From Octopus bimaculoides (Eukaryota): a stretch of DNA of 64,000 nt. The translations under genes and the position numbers were made by a program. Below, piece by piece: positions 63,211 to 64,000 of the stretch. The DNA lies in the NCBI RefSeq assembly GCF_001194135.2, contig NC_068992.1, positions 38,328,448 to 38,392,447 of the forward strand. The letters are read 5' to 3'. The notes beneath the pieces are model-generated. The model made no database searches, was not told the origin of the DNA, and was given only the letters and a program-made list of their open reading frames with translations. Within the stretch, counting starts at the first letter, position 1. Every line of letters begins with the position of its first letter.

Positions 63211-64000
63211 ACAATTAAGATTCAGTTAAGTTAGGTACTTAAATTGAGGCAGGCACCTTGTTAGGTCTGAGTTACTTGCATACTCAACAATATTCAGTGA
63301 GTATCAGACTCAGTGCATAAGTACCGGCCACATAATTTTCTTGCAGTATATACAGATAATAGGACCCAACTGAGTGAAGATATCCGCTCTTTGTTACTCA
63401 TGGATATATATATATATAATAATCACTGATTAAGTAAAAAAAAAAAAGATGGACTTGGTACCAATCCTTATTCTGTACGACAATCGCTTCAGCCGATCTT
63501 GCTAGTGTCCCTTATAGGTGGGATTCTATGCATCATGTTGTGTTGCATCCATTTTGCAGTCTGGACCACATCAGATACATTCATACACATATCATAATCG
63601 TTTTACGCCTGCTTTCCATGCTGGCATGGGTTGGTCGGTTTGACTGAGGACTGGTGAACCAGAGGCTGCACCAGGCTCAATCTGATCTGTCAAAGTTTCT
63701 ACAGTTGCATGCCCTTCCTAACGCCACCCACTCCGAGAGTGTAATGGGTGTTTTTACGTGCCACCGACACGAGGGCCAGTCAGGCCGTTCTGGCAATGAC
63801 TTCACTCAAACAGTGTTTTTACGTGCTACGTGCATGGGAGCCAGTCCAGTGGCACTGGCAACGACCATGCTCAAATGTTGATTTTCACGTGCCACCAGCA
63901 CATGTGCCAGTAAAGCAACACTGGCAATGATCATGCTCAAATGGTTGCTTTTCATGTGTCACCAGCACAGGAGCCAATCCGTGGCTCTGGCAACGATCAC

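Overview
AT-rich, repeat-dense animal genomic DNA with many N gaps, mostly beside microsatellites. The repeat complement suggests an octopus, but this is inference: tRNA-Arg-headed SINE, Nin/Deu-core SINE, abundant RTE LINE 3' ends with (GAT)n tails. One protein-coding gene is well supported: a minus-strand RIN/Sprint-family Rab5 GEF (SH2 - long disordered region - RIN-homology - VPS9). I traced ten phase-consistent GT-AG exons from 33002 down to 64. One exon is cut by a gap, the start codon was not found, and the 3' end runs off the window. The rest is transposon debris: RTE LINE remnants (one with a PHD finger), three R4/Dong-type LINE ends in (AAT)n, a Gypsy-type solo LTR, a deleted mariner, and hAT, piggyBac-like and nested Merlin-like MITEs. 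The most unusual signal is a set of short head-to-head inverted elements carrying minimal type I hammerhead ribozyme folds of the Penelope-like type, in at least three sequence families. One family is joined to a tRNA-derived Pol III head in one copy, and another has a compensatory G3-C8 core swap. All folds, splice calls and family assignments were made by eye; nothing was searched or computed.
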